From Gemmatimonadota bacterium (GTDB lineage: Bacteria > Gemmatimonadota > Gemmatimonadetes > Palauibacterales > Palauibacteraceae): DNA of 27,573 bases. Position 1 is the first letter of the stretch. Every line of letters starts with the position of its first letter. The stretch covers positions 1 to 27,573 of the forward strand of contig JBHIAV010000038.1 of the NCBI GenBank assembly GCA_046758745.1, read 5' to 3'. Made by a program: the position numbers and the translations under genes. Of this stretch, positions 1 to 9,100 are shown in pieces. Below the pieces are notes generated by a model that searched no databases, was not told where the DNA came from, and saw only the letters and a list, made by a program, of their open reading frames with translations.

Positions 1-33
1 CTAGCTTCCCAGCGCGTTCGCGCGAGCGGCTCC

Positions 34-753
34 ATGGACGCCATGATCTTCGCGGCCGGCCTCGGGACTCGCCTTCGGCCCCTCACCGAGCATACCCCCA
101 AGGCACTCATCGAGGTCGGCGGGGTGCCGATGCTCGAGCGCACGGCACGCCGGCTCATCGAGGCTGGCGCCGACCGCATCATCGTCAACCTCCACCATCA
201 CGCAGACCAGATCGAGCGCTTCGTGAACGAGCGGCTGGAGGTGGAGGCCGAGATCCTGCTGTCGTGGGAGGGGGAGCGGCCGCTCGAGACGGGCGGCGGG
301 ATGCTCCACGCCTCCCCGCTCTTCCGCCACGATGCGCCGTTCTTCCTACACAACGTGGACGTCATCACCGACTTCGATCTGACAGAGATGTATCGGGCGC
401 ATCTCGAAAACCGCGCCCTGGCCACGCTCGCGGTCAATCGGCGGGCGACATCGCGGTTTCTCCTGTTCGATGAGAAGGGACTATACGGGTGGGAGAACCA
501 GCGAACAGGCGAGAGGGCGAAGGCACGACCGCCGTCGGGTGAGAGGCTGAGGATCGGGTTCGCGGGCGTTCACGTGGTGTCGCCGGAGATCTTCGATCTC
601 ATCGAGGAGCGCGGGACCTTTTCGATCGTGGCGCTCTATGTCAGGCTGGCGGCCGGCGGCCGGCGCATTCTCCCGTTCGAGATGACCGGTGCCGGCTGGC
701 TCGAGATCGGGACCCCGGAGCGGCTGGAGAAGGCGAGGAGCATGCCGCCGTAG
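34..753 (+). CDS. Nucleotidyltransferase family protein (MurU-like NTP transferase)
   Basis: N-terminal MIFAAGLGTRLRPLTEHTPKAL signature, NLHH, LETGGG, HNVD and C-terminal WLEIGTPERL; 239 aa single domain with no left-handed beta-helix. MurU assignment is inference. Confidence 0.85.
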   Translation: MDAMIFAAGLGTRLRPLTEHTPKALIEVGGVPMLERTARRLIEAGADRIIVNLHHHADQIERFVNERLEVEAEILLSWEGERPLETGGGMLHASPLFRHDAPFFLHNVDVITDFDLTEMYRAHLENRALATLAVNRRATSRFLLFDEKGLYGWENQRTGERAKARPPSGERLRIGFAGVHVVSPEIFDLIEERGTFSIVALYVRLAAGGRRILPFEMTGAGWLEIGTPERLEKARSMPP

Positions 754-1384
754 CACCACCCTGCCCCAGTCTCTTCTTGCTGTCGCGGAACCAGCGGGCC
801 AGGAGACCGGAGCGGTCGACGACGTGGACGTCGTCGAGTCCACCGACCTCGAGCAACCCCTTCCACTTCCGGAGGGTCTCCGGTCTCTCTCCTTCTATCT
901 CTTCCAGCTCTCGCTTCAGCTCTTCCGGAGCGTCCTCCTTCCAGCAGATCTCGTGAATTCCCACCCGCCCCCCACTCTTCACCACCCTTATCATCTCCCC
1001 GATCGCGGTCTCCTTTCGGAGAAGCGAGAGCGTACACTCGGAGATCGCCGCATCGAAGGAGCCGTTCCGAAAGGGCAGGTGGTGCGCGTCGGCTCTCAGG
1101 AATCCGAGCTTGAGCCTCCTTTCCCGCGCCTTCTGCGCAGCCCGCGCGACCATGCGATGGGAGAGATCCACCCCGAATACCTCGGCCGCAAAGCGCTCCG
1201 CCAGATAACAGGCGCTCTCTCCGGTACCCGAAGCGATGTCCAGAACGACGCTGTCCGAGCCGATCCCACACAGCTCGGCGAGCTCGGCCGTAATGTCCAA
1301 TCCTCCGGGGTGGAGAACCTCGAGGGACAGATCCCCGCTCTCTACCAGACTCTCCAACGAAGGCGGTCGCCCGCTCAACGCCAT
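641..1384 (-). CDS. Class I SAM-dependent methyltransferase, probably C-terminally truncated near 754
   Basis: Motif I VLDIASGTGE, ADAHHLPF, FDAAISEC, EMIRVVKSGGRV. ATG at 1384 overlaps the upstream gene's stop. After KKRLGQGG the frame runs 113 nt antisense into the nucleotidyltransferase with non-protein-like sequence. Confidence 0.75.
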   Translation of the reverse strand: MALSGRPPSLESLVESGDLSLEVLHPGGLDITAELAELCGIGSDSVVLDIASGTGESACYLAERFAAEVFGVDLSHRMVARAAQKARERRLKLGFLRADAHHLPFRNGSFDAAISECTLSLLRKETAIGEMIRVVKSGGRVGIHEICWKEDAPEELKRELEEIEGERPETLRKWKGLLEVGGLDDVHVVDRSGLLARWFRDSKKRLGQGGATAACSSPSPAAPGSRSRASRHRSSRTGECAGRRPPA

Positions 1385-1860
1385 CTCGGGAGCCACCGAT
1401 GAACGGACTTCTTGTACTCGAGGTAGCTGGTGCCGAACCGCCTCTCGAGCCCCGGTTCTTCGTACAGAACGACAAACAGGTGCATCATCAGCGCCAGCAG
1501 TAGAGTGAAGAGCAGGATCGACAGCGACCGGTGCCAGAGACCGAATCCGCCGAGCAGTCCGAGGCCGCCGATATACATGGGGTTCCGCACCCACCGGTAA
1601 GGACCTACGGCGACGAACTCCCTCGGAGGATCGAACGGCGCCGGCGTACCGCGGCCCCGCGTGGCGAAGAAGCCGACACACAGGAGAACGAGAGCGCCGC
1701 CCAGCGCCATGAAGGCGACGCCGAGCGGACGAGCCCCCGTCGGCAGCCGAAACCCGAAGCTCGGGTCGAACCTTCGGACGCTCAGCGCCACCCAACCCCA
1801 GAACAGAACGAAAGCCGACCCGTAGATGGCGGCTCTGAGCCCGGCGAGGAGCGGCCTCAC
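1375..1860 (-). CDS. Isoprenylcysteine carboxyl methyltransferase / PEMT family membrane protein
   Basis: Hydrophobic helices plus GRGTPAPFDPP, GPYRWVRNPMY and EEPGLERRFGTSYLEYKKSVHRWLP motifs; GTG start. Confidence 0.88.
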   Translation of the reverse strand: MRPLLAGLRAAIYGSAFVLFWGWVALSVRRFDPSFGFRLPTGARPLGVAFMALGGALVLLCVGFFATRGRGTPAPFDPPREFVAVGPYRWVRNPMYIGGLGLLGGFGLWHRSLSILLFTLLLALMMHLFVVLYEEPGLERRFGTSYLEYKKSVHRWLPRWR

Positions 1861-2167
1861 CGAAGCGGGCGGATGGTCATTTACGGCCGGCCTTGCCTGT
1901 CAACCCCACCTCGCCGTCGATCATCGATGTGAGGACTGTCCATGGATCCATCAGAATACAAGGCGCGCGGTCTCCCGCCGCAAGTGACATGAGTGGAGGA
2001 GCGCCGGCACAGCGCTTCACGGTGCCGCGTCACCCTCCCCATCTCGGAGGATTCGCTCGATCCTCGGAACGATAACAAGACCAGGTATCTGATACTAACG
2101 ATAATCCATGTTTGTTGACTCGAATGAATACAAGTTTGATCTTGCAAGACCCGAGAATTCGCTCAGC

Positions 2168-2181
2168 CTTGTGCATACAAG
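2168..2181. promoter_or_regulatory. Imperfect palindrome CTTGTGCATACAAG, candidate transcription-factor operator (GntR-like)
   Basis: CTTGT-N4-ACAAG inverted repeat in an AT-rich stretch 40 nt upstream of the radical SAM start; ATACAAG also occurs at 1956-1962 and 2128-2134. Confidence 0.35.
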
Positions 2182-2221
2182 TAGGTCACATCCTTTGGAT
2201 CCTTCCTTTGAGGAGAGAGCG

Positions 2222-3451
2222 ATGACGGCCGACCTGGACCACCGGAAGCTCTATCGTTTGCCCTGGAGCCTTCCCGACAACTCGATCTCCTGGCTGGAGC
2301 CGACCTCCGCCTGCAATCTGGCCTGTCTCGGATGCTACCGGACCAACGACCCGAAGAGCCACAAGCCTCTGGAGCAGATCGATAGAGAGCTCGATGTCTT
2401 CACCCGGCTCCGCACCTCGGACGGTATCTCCATCGCCGGTGGCGATCCCCTCACCCACCCCCGGATCGCCGACATCGTCGCTCTTGTGGCCAAGCGGGGG
2501 ATCAAGCCGATCCTGAACACGAACGGGCTCACCCTCACCCACGAGCTGCTGGTCGAGTTGAAGCGCGCCGGGCTGAAGGGACTGACCGTCCACATCGACA
2601 GCAAGCAGGGACGCCCTCACTGGAAGAAAAAGAGCGAAATCGAGCACAACGAGCTCCGTCTGTATTACGCCGAGATGATCGCCGGCGTCGGGGGGCTCTC
2701 CTGCTCGTTCAACTCCACCGTGTACGAGGACACGCTGGAGTATGTCCCGGAGATCGTCGCCTGGGGTCAGAAGCACATCGACATCGTCCACGTCCTGGTG
2801 TTCATCGCCTTCCGGGCGGGCACGGTCGGCGGCGCGTACGACTACTACGTCGGAGGCAGGAAGCTCGATCTCGACACTCCGTACGTCATGCAGGAGGATT
2901 GGGGACGGATCGACATCAAGTCCACGGAGATCCTCGCCACGATTCGGCGGCGGTTTCCCGACTTTCAACCGTGCGCCTACCTGAACGGCACGGAGAGGCC
3001 GGACTCCTTCAAGTGGCTTCTCACGGGCCGTCTCGGGACGAAGGGGAGGATCTACGGATACGTCGGCCCGAAGTTCATGGAGCTCGCGCAGACTTCCCAT
3101 CATCTGCGGCACGGTCGCTACCTGGCCTACAGCGGGCCGCGTGTCCTGCGCCGCGGTCGATCCATGATGCTTCTTTCACCCCTCGACCGGGGCGTGGCGG
3201 GAGCGGCATCGGCCTATCTGCGCGCCCTGGCCCTCAATCCGCTGCGCGCCTTCCAGCGCGCCTACTTCCAGTCGGTGATGATCATCCAGCCCGCCGACGT
3301 GCTGCCGAACGGAAAGCAGGATATGTGCGACGGCTGTCCCGACATGACGGTATGGAACGGTCACCTGGCGTGGTCCTGCCGGCTGGAGGAACCGATCATG
3401 TACGGGGACTTCGTACGGACCGTACCAAAGTCCGACTCACCCGTTCACTGA
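2222..3451 (+). CDS. Radical SAM protein of unknown function
   Basis: CNLACLGC (CxxxCxxC), AGGDPL, LNTNG; extra C-terminal cysteines (QPC, CDGC, WSC). ATG 2222 follows AGGAGAG, so it is preferred over ORF start 2108. Confidence 0.9.
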   Translation: MTADLDHRKLYRLPWSLPDNSISWLEPTSACNLACLGCYRTNDPKSHKPLEQIDRELDVFTRLRTSDGISIAGGDPLTHPRIADIVALVAKRGIKPILNTNGLTLTHELLVELKRAGLKGLTVHIDSKQGRPHWKKKSEIEHNELRLYYAEMIAGVGGLSCSFNSTVYEDTLEYVPEIVAWGQKHIDIVHVLVFIAFRAGTVGGAYDYYVGGRKLDLDTPYVMQEDWGRIDIKSTEILATIRRRFPDFQPCAYLNGTERPDSFKWLLTGRLGTKGRIYGYVGPKFMELAQTSHHLRHGRYLAYSGPRVLRRGRSMMLLSPLDRGVAGAASAYLRALALNPLRAFQRAYFQSVMIIQPADVLPNGKQDMCDGCPDMTVWNGHLAWSCRLEEPIMYGDFVRTVPKSDSPVH

Positions 3452-3474
3452 GAGGCCCAGCTTCGAACCGGCCA

Positions 3475-4221
3475 GTGGCAGTCGACCCGCGGCAGGCCGC
3501 GCGTCCGCTGCTGTCGACCCGGGAACGCGCCGGCCGCCTGGCGGCCATCATCGGGGTCATCCTTCTCCACCTCACCGCCTATTACATCGTGACGCGGGTG
3601 AACTCCGGACGTCCCGTCGACGCGCTGTGGGATCCGCGGCTGCGCGCAGATGATTGGATCCCCCACCTTCCGTGGTCCTGGGTCTTCTACTGGACGGCCT
3701 ACCCGTATCTTACCCTGGTGGCGGCAACCGTCATCTGGCGGCTGCCCGCCGGGAGCTTCCACCGGAGCATCCAGGCCTTCGTCGTACTCACCCTGGTCGG
3801 GGCGGGCATCCAGCTCGCGCTACCCATCGAGGCGCCCTGGCCAGAGGCCGCTCACCCGATGCAGAGGCTGATGCACGAGTCCGCTCTTACCCGCCCCTAC
3901 GCTTCCCTCCCGTCCATGCACGTCGCCTACAGCGTGCTCACCGCCTGCCTGGGCGTCGCTATCGCGAGACGCGGCCTGCTCAAAGTGCTGCATGTCGTCA
4001 CGGCCATGCTCATCATCCTCTCGACACTCACGCTCAAGGAGCACTTCGTGCTCGACTCCGCGACCGGAGCGCTCCTTGGAATGCTGGCGGCCGGATGGTG
4101 GCGTCTTGGGTCGAGGCTCGACGAGGAAAGGGCGTTGTCGACCGAGAGAGGATGGACCGGAGCGACGGGGAGTGACGCGGCGGCTGTCGAGGCCCGCCCG
4201 TGGCGGAGGACAGTGGATTAG
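3475..4221 (+). CDS. PAP2-superfamily membrane protein (PAP2/AUR1-like phosphatase or phosphotransferase)
   Basis: Several TM segments; ASLPSMHV and STLTLKEHFVLD catalytic His/Asp motifs. Start uncertain; in-frame GTG at 3475 lies just after the radical SAM stop. Confidence 0.8.
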   Translation: MAVDPRQAARPLLSTRERAGRLAAIIGVILLHLTAYYIVTRVNSGRPVDALWDPRLRADDWIPHLPWSWVFYWTAYPYLTLVAATVIWRLPAGSFHRSIQAFVVLTLVGAGIQLALPIEAPWPEAAHPMQRLMHESALTRPYASLPSMHVAYSVLTACLGVAIARRGLLKVLHVVTAMLIILSTLTLKEHFVLDSATGALLGMLAAGWWRLGSRLDEERALSTERGWTGATGSDAAAVEARPWRRTVD

Positions 4222-4266
4222 CCCGCCCGTCCTGCTCGTTCGAAGGCCAGGCTCGTGGGTCGCTCA

Positions 4267-5063
4267 TCAAGTGTCGTGCTGCCTGGGTGGAACGGCTTCC
4301 GCGTACGCGGACGGCGACACACCGTAGCGGGCCCGAAACCGCCGACAGAAATGTGATACGCTCTTGAAGCCGACCGCGTAGGCGATCTCACTCACAATCC
4401 CGGCTTTCGCCGCAAGGAGGTCGCCGGCGCGCTCCAGCCGGAAGCCCTGAATCAGCTCACTCGGCGACTGGTCGAGCAGATCCTGCAGCCGTCGGTAGAG
4501 CTGGGATCTGCTCTGGCTAACGGCGCGTGCAAGCAGTTCGACACTAAATTCGCTGTCGGCCAGGTGTGCCTCGAGCGCCTTACGCACACGCTCCAAGAAG
4601 ACCTCGTCGCTCGATGGCACGTCGACCGGAGCCGGACGCAGATGCGCAGGGCGCTGAAAGCGCTCGCGCAGGCGCAGGCGCGAGGCGATCAGGTTCTGGA
4701 CGCGTGCCGTTACTTCCACCGTGTCGAAGGGCTTGGTCAGATAATCGTCCGCCCCTTCCGCCAACCCTTCCAGCCTGTGCTCGCGGCCCGCCTTTGCGGT
4801 AAGCAGGATGACGGGCACGAAGTCGAGCTCCGGATCGGACTTGACCGCGCGGCACAGCGCGTTACCGTCGAGTCCGGGCATCATGATATCGCTGATGATG
4901 CAGTCGGGAACGACCTCGCGGGCCAGGCGCAGGCCCTCCTCGCCCGTCGCCGCCTCGACTACGCGGTACGAGGCAGAACGCAGATGTTTGGAGACGTAGG
5001 CGCGAAGCTCCGGGTTGTCGTCGATCAACAAGACCGTCGGCAGCTCATCCTCCACCGAAGACA
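4267..5063 (-). pseudogene. REC + AraC HTH fragment, C-terminal part of a hybrid two-component regulator lacking sensor and kinase
   Basis: [28 protein letters not shown] receiver domain followed by AraC (SRSQLYRRL, IAYAVGFKSVSHFCRRFRARYGVSPS). Upstream of ~5063 the frame is antisense of the TrxB-like gene. An in-frame GTG at 5055 could still allow a stand-alone product. Confidence 0.7.
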
Positions 5064-6018
5064 GGTCCGGCGGGGCTGGCCGCGGCCGTCTATGCCGCCT
5101 CGGAGGGGCTGCACACCCTCGTGGTCGAAAGACAGGCCCCCGGAGGCCAGGCGGGTATGAGCTCACGCATCGAGAACTACCTCGGCTTCCCGGGAGGTGT
5201 GTCCGGCGGTGAGCTCGCGCGGAGAGCGGCGACCCAGGCCCGGCGCTTCGGCGTCGAAGTGCTAACGGCGCAAGAGGTCGTCGGGCTGGCTGCCGAGGGT
5301 CCCTCTCGAACCGTCAAGCTCGGCGATGGCAACGAGCTGAAGTGCCGGGCGACTGCTCATCGCGACCGGAGTCTCCTATCGTCAGCTTCAGGCCGGGGGG
5401 ATAGAACGGCTGACTGGAGCCGGCGTCTACTACGGCGCCGGCATGAGCGAGGGCGAATCGGTGCGCGGTCGGGACGTGTACATCGTGGGCGGGGCGAACT
5501 CGGCCGGGCAGGCCGCGATGTACTTCTCGAGATACGCCAAGACTGTCACTATGCTGGTGCGAGCCGAATCGCTCTCCAGCCGCATGTCCCGGTATCTCAT
5601 CGACCAGATCGACGCCACCGACAACGTCCGGGTGTGGACGCAGGCGACAGTACAGGAAGCTGTGGGTGCGGAGCGGCTCGAGGAACTCGCCCTCGCCCGC
5701 GACGGCGACCGGACCACGGAGACCGTCCGGGCGAGCGCGCTGTTCATCCTCATCGGCGCCGTGCCGCACACAGATTGGCTCGGGGACATCGTTGCGCGTG
5801 ACGAGCGCGGCTTCATTCTCTCGGGGCCGGATGTCCGACGCAACGGCGCACCGGCGCCACATGGGCTAGATCGCCCACCCTTCATGCTCGAGACCAGCCT
5901 CCCAGGAGTCTTCGTGGCGGGCGACGTTCGTCACGGCTCGGTGAAGAGGGTCGCGTCCGCCGTGGGCGAGGGATCGATGGCCGTTATGTACGTGCACCAC
6001 TATCTGAGCTCTGTGTGA
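5064..6018 (+). pseudogene. TrxB-like FAD-dependent oxidoreductase, 5'-truncated and frameshifted
   Basis: Starts abruptly at [15 protein letters not shown] with the first strand of the FAD-binding motif missing; [17 protein letters not shown]. An extra base near 5352 shifts KCRA to LLIATGVSY. Then [11 protein letters not shown] and ETSLPGVFVAGDVRHGSVKRVASAVGEG. Confidence 0.8.
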
Positions 6019-6089
6019 CTCGTGATCGCCGATGGGCGGGGAGCAGTTGGATGCTGAAGGCTCTTGAGAAATCCCTGCCTTCAAGCGCA

Positions 6090-6115
6090 CGAGCCCGGCC
6101 GATCGGCCGGGCTCG
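6090..6115. terminator. Perfect 26-bp palindrome between convergent genes, candidate bidirectional terminator hairpin
   Basis: CGAGCCCGGCCGATCGGCCGGGCTCG equals its own reverse complement; lies 50 nt past the nrdJ stop; no U-tract. Confidence 0.55.
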
Positions 6116-6165
6116 GACCCCCCGCTTCGTAGATTCGGGCTACAAACAGCAGAACGGCAAGCCGT

Positions 6166-9100
6166 CTACCCGCACTCGCTGTAGCCGCAGGCCATGCACT
6201 TCGCGCACCCCTCGGCGAACATGAGGCTGGCGCCGCAGTCGGGGCACGTCCCGATGAACGTCAGCGCCTCCTGCTCCTCGAAGCGCTTCACGATGGGCTT
6301 CTCGGATGTCCGGGCGCCGCCGTTCGCCTTCTTCGTCTCCCCGACGTCGTTGATCGGGAGCGCCGTCTGCACCCCCTCCTTCTCCTCGAGGTAGCGCTCG
6401 AGCACCTGGGCGATCGCGTCGGGGCTCGAGAGCACCTTGTTCGGCCCGAGACCGACGGCCCGGTCCGAAGAGATGCCACGGAGCTGCCGGTGGATCTCCT
6501 TGAGGGAGATCCCGGAGCGCAGCCCGAGGCTGATGAGCCGTCCGATCGCCTCCGCGTCGGCCATGGCGGCCCCGCCGGCCTTGCCGAGAGCCACGAAGAT
6601 CTCGAACGGTCGTCCCTTCTCGTCCTCGTTGATGGTGACGTACATCGTTCCGAGGGGCGACTCGATCTTCCGGGTGATGCCGCGCAGCGCGGCCGGGCGC
6701 TCGCGCACCAGGGGCTGCCGCACCACGCCGCCCTCGAGCTCGCTGATCTTTCCCTTCTTCTCCTCGAGCTCCTTCTCGAGCTGAGTGATCCGCCCGAGCG
6801 CCGCCGCGAGCTCCCGGGCGAGCTCGCCCTCCGCCACGACTTCCAGCGCGCCTCCGTTCGCCTCGACCTCCACCCTCCTGGCGGTCCTTCCGGTCGAGAG
6901 CACCTGAGCGTCGCGCGAGCCATCCCGGTACACGGTCACGCCCTTGCACCTGAGCTCGTAGGCGAGCTCGTAGATCTCGCGCACATCGTCTTCCGTCGCC
7001 GACTCGGGGAAGTTGCACGTCTTCGAGATCGCCGAGTCCGTGTATTGCTGGAAGGCCGCCTGCATCCGGATGTGCTGCTCGGGCGTTACATCGTGCGCCG
7101 TAACGAACAGCTTCTGAACATCCTCCGGGACCTCCTCGAAGTGGATGTGTCCCTCATCGGCGATCCGCCGCATCAGCTCCTCGGAGTACCACCCCTGCTC
7201 CTTCGCGAGCCTGACGAACTCGGGGTTCACGTCAGGCATGAGGACGCCCGCCTGGTTCCGCATGAACGCGACGGCGAAGAGCGGCTCGATCCCGCTCGAG
7301 CAGCCGGCGATGATCGAGATCGTGCCGGTAGGCGCCACGGTGGTGACGTTGCAGTTACGGAGTCGCCGCATGGGGCGAATCCTCTTCCCCTCTTCGTCCC
7401 GCGCGCAGGTCTCATCGGGACCCCAGATCGAGCGCTCCCACGCCGGGAACACCCCCCGCTCCTCGGCCAGCTCCTCGGAGGCGACCTTCGATTCCTCGTC
7501 GATGAAGCGCATGACCTCCCGGCCGAGCTCGATCGAGCGCTTGGAGCCGTACGGTTCCCCGAGGCTCACCAGCATGTCGGCCCACCCCATCACGCCGAGC
7601 CCGATCCGCCGGATGGCGTGCGAGAGGTCGGTGATCTGCGGAAGCGGGTACTTGTTCGCGTCGATCACGTTATCCAGGTAGTGCGTCGCGTCGTGCACGG
7701 CCCGGCGCAGCCCATCCCAGTCGATCTTCCCGTCCTTTGCGTAGTGGCCGACGTTGATCGATCCGAGATTGCAGACGTCGTACGGAAGGAGGGGCTGTTC
7801 ACCGCATTGTACCGTCACTAAAGAACTTACGACGATCGAGTGCGTGACCGGCTCGGTCGTGCAGTACACATCCGCCTCACCCGCCGGCTCGATCGACCTT
7901 ACTCGTGTGAGGTAGCGCTCCCGTACCGAGCGCTTGCGCTTTCGACCGATCCACTCCTCCACCTTCTCCTGCTTGGCCCGGCTGAGGAAGCCGATCCGCT
8001 CGGCGAACCGGTCCCCGCTCACCTTCTCGAGCATGAGCTCGTATTGCGCCTCGTAGGCGTGACCCTCCATGCCTCCGCGCTCGTCCGGCATCGGCCTGCT
8101 CCCGGCGCTCCGGCGGAGGCGGATCCGGGAGACGAGTCCGAAGTTCGCGAGGAGCTGCTGAACCTCCTTCAGAAGCTCCGGCTCGCTGCTCGCGAGCCGC
8201 ACCGTGCAGCTCTCCCGATGCGAGGAGACGTGTACGGTCCCGTCTGCCGTGAAGAGCGACTGGAGGAAGCCGAGCACCGCCTCTCGCGGCGCGCTCCAGA
8301 TGCTCTCCGGAACCCGCGTCGGCTCGCCCGGCGCGTGGATCCCGAGCGAGCGGAGGAAGTAGTAGAGGCCGGATCGATAAAGGAGCTGGACGCGCCCCTT
8401 CCGCTCCATCCGGTTCCCCCTCAGCCCGGTCCAGCGCGTGATCCGCTCCCGGAACAGCGGCTCCAGCTCGCACTCGGCATCGCCGAACAGCAGACCAACC
8501 GTGTAGGTGGGTACATTTCGCCCCGGGGGCAGCTCCTCGGTCACCCACCCCTCGGCCACGACCCACCCGAGGAGCTGCCCGAGCTCCTTCGACCACCGCG
8601 TCGGCAGCTGTGCCCCTCCCCGCTCGACGCTCGCCTTGAGGTTGTCCTCCGGCTCGAACGGCGGGAGGGCGTACTCGTGGCTCCACGCCCCCTCGCCCGA
8701 CTGCAGGAGAAGGGTATCACCCGGTCTCAGGTCCTTGAGCTCGATGAGGCCACGCGGCGTGAAGAACCTGTGGTTGTCCGTGGCGGTCACCTCGTAGCCG
8801 TGCTCCGTGACGAGGCGAAAGACCGGGGCGTCCCGCCGGGTGCGAAACACCGGCACGGCGCGGCGCATCGTGACTCCGGTCTTCGCCCGAACCGCGACGC
8901 CCCCTCCTCGCTCCATGGCGCGGATCGCCGGAACGCGGTCGTCCGTGGCAACGCGGATCTCCATACACTCTCGCTCCAGCTCCTCCATGGTGAGCAGGCC
9001 GCGATCCGTGGCGAGGCGCGTAGCGCCGATCACGCACGGGTTCGTCGCCTCGTATTGGCCGAGCTCCGGCACCGGGTTGTAGCGGTTCGCCTCATCGATG

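Noticed and set aside
754-6018. Mobile element or prophage explanation for the accessory patch
   Set aside because: No transposase, integrase, terminal inverted repeats, target duplication or tRNA site seen.
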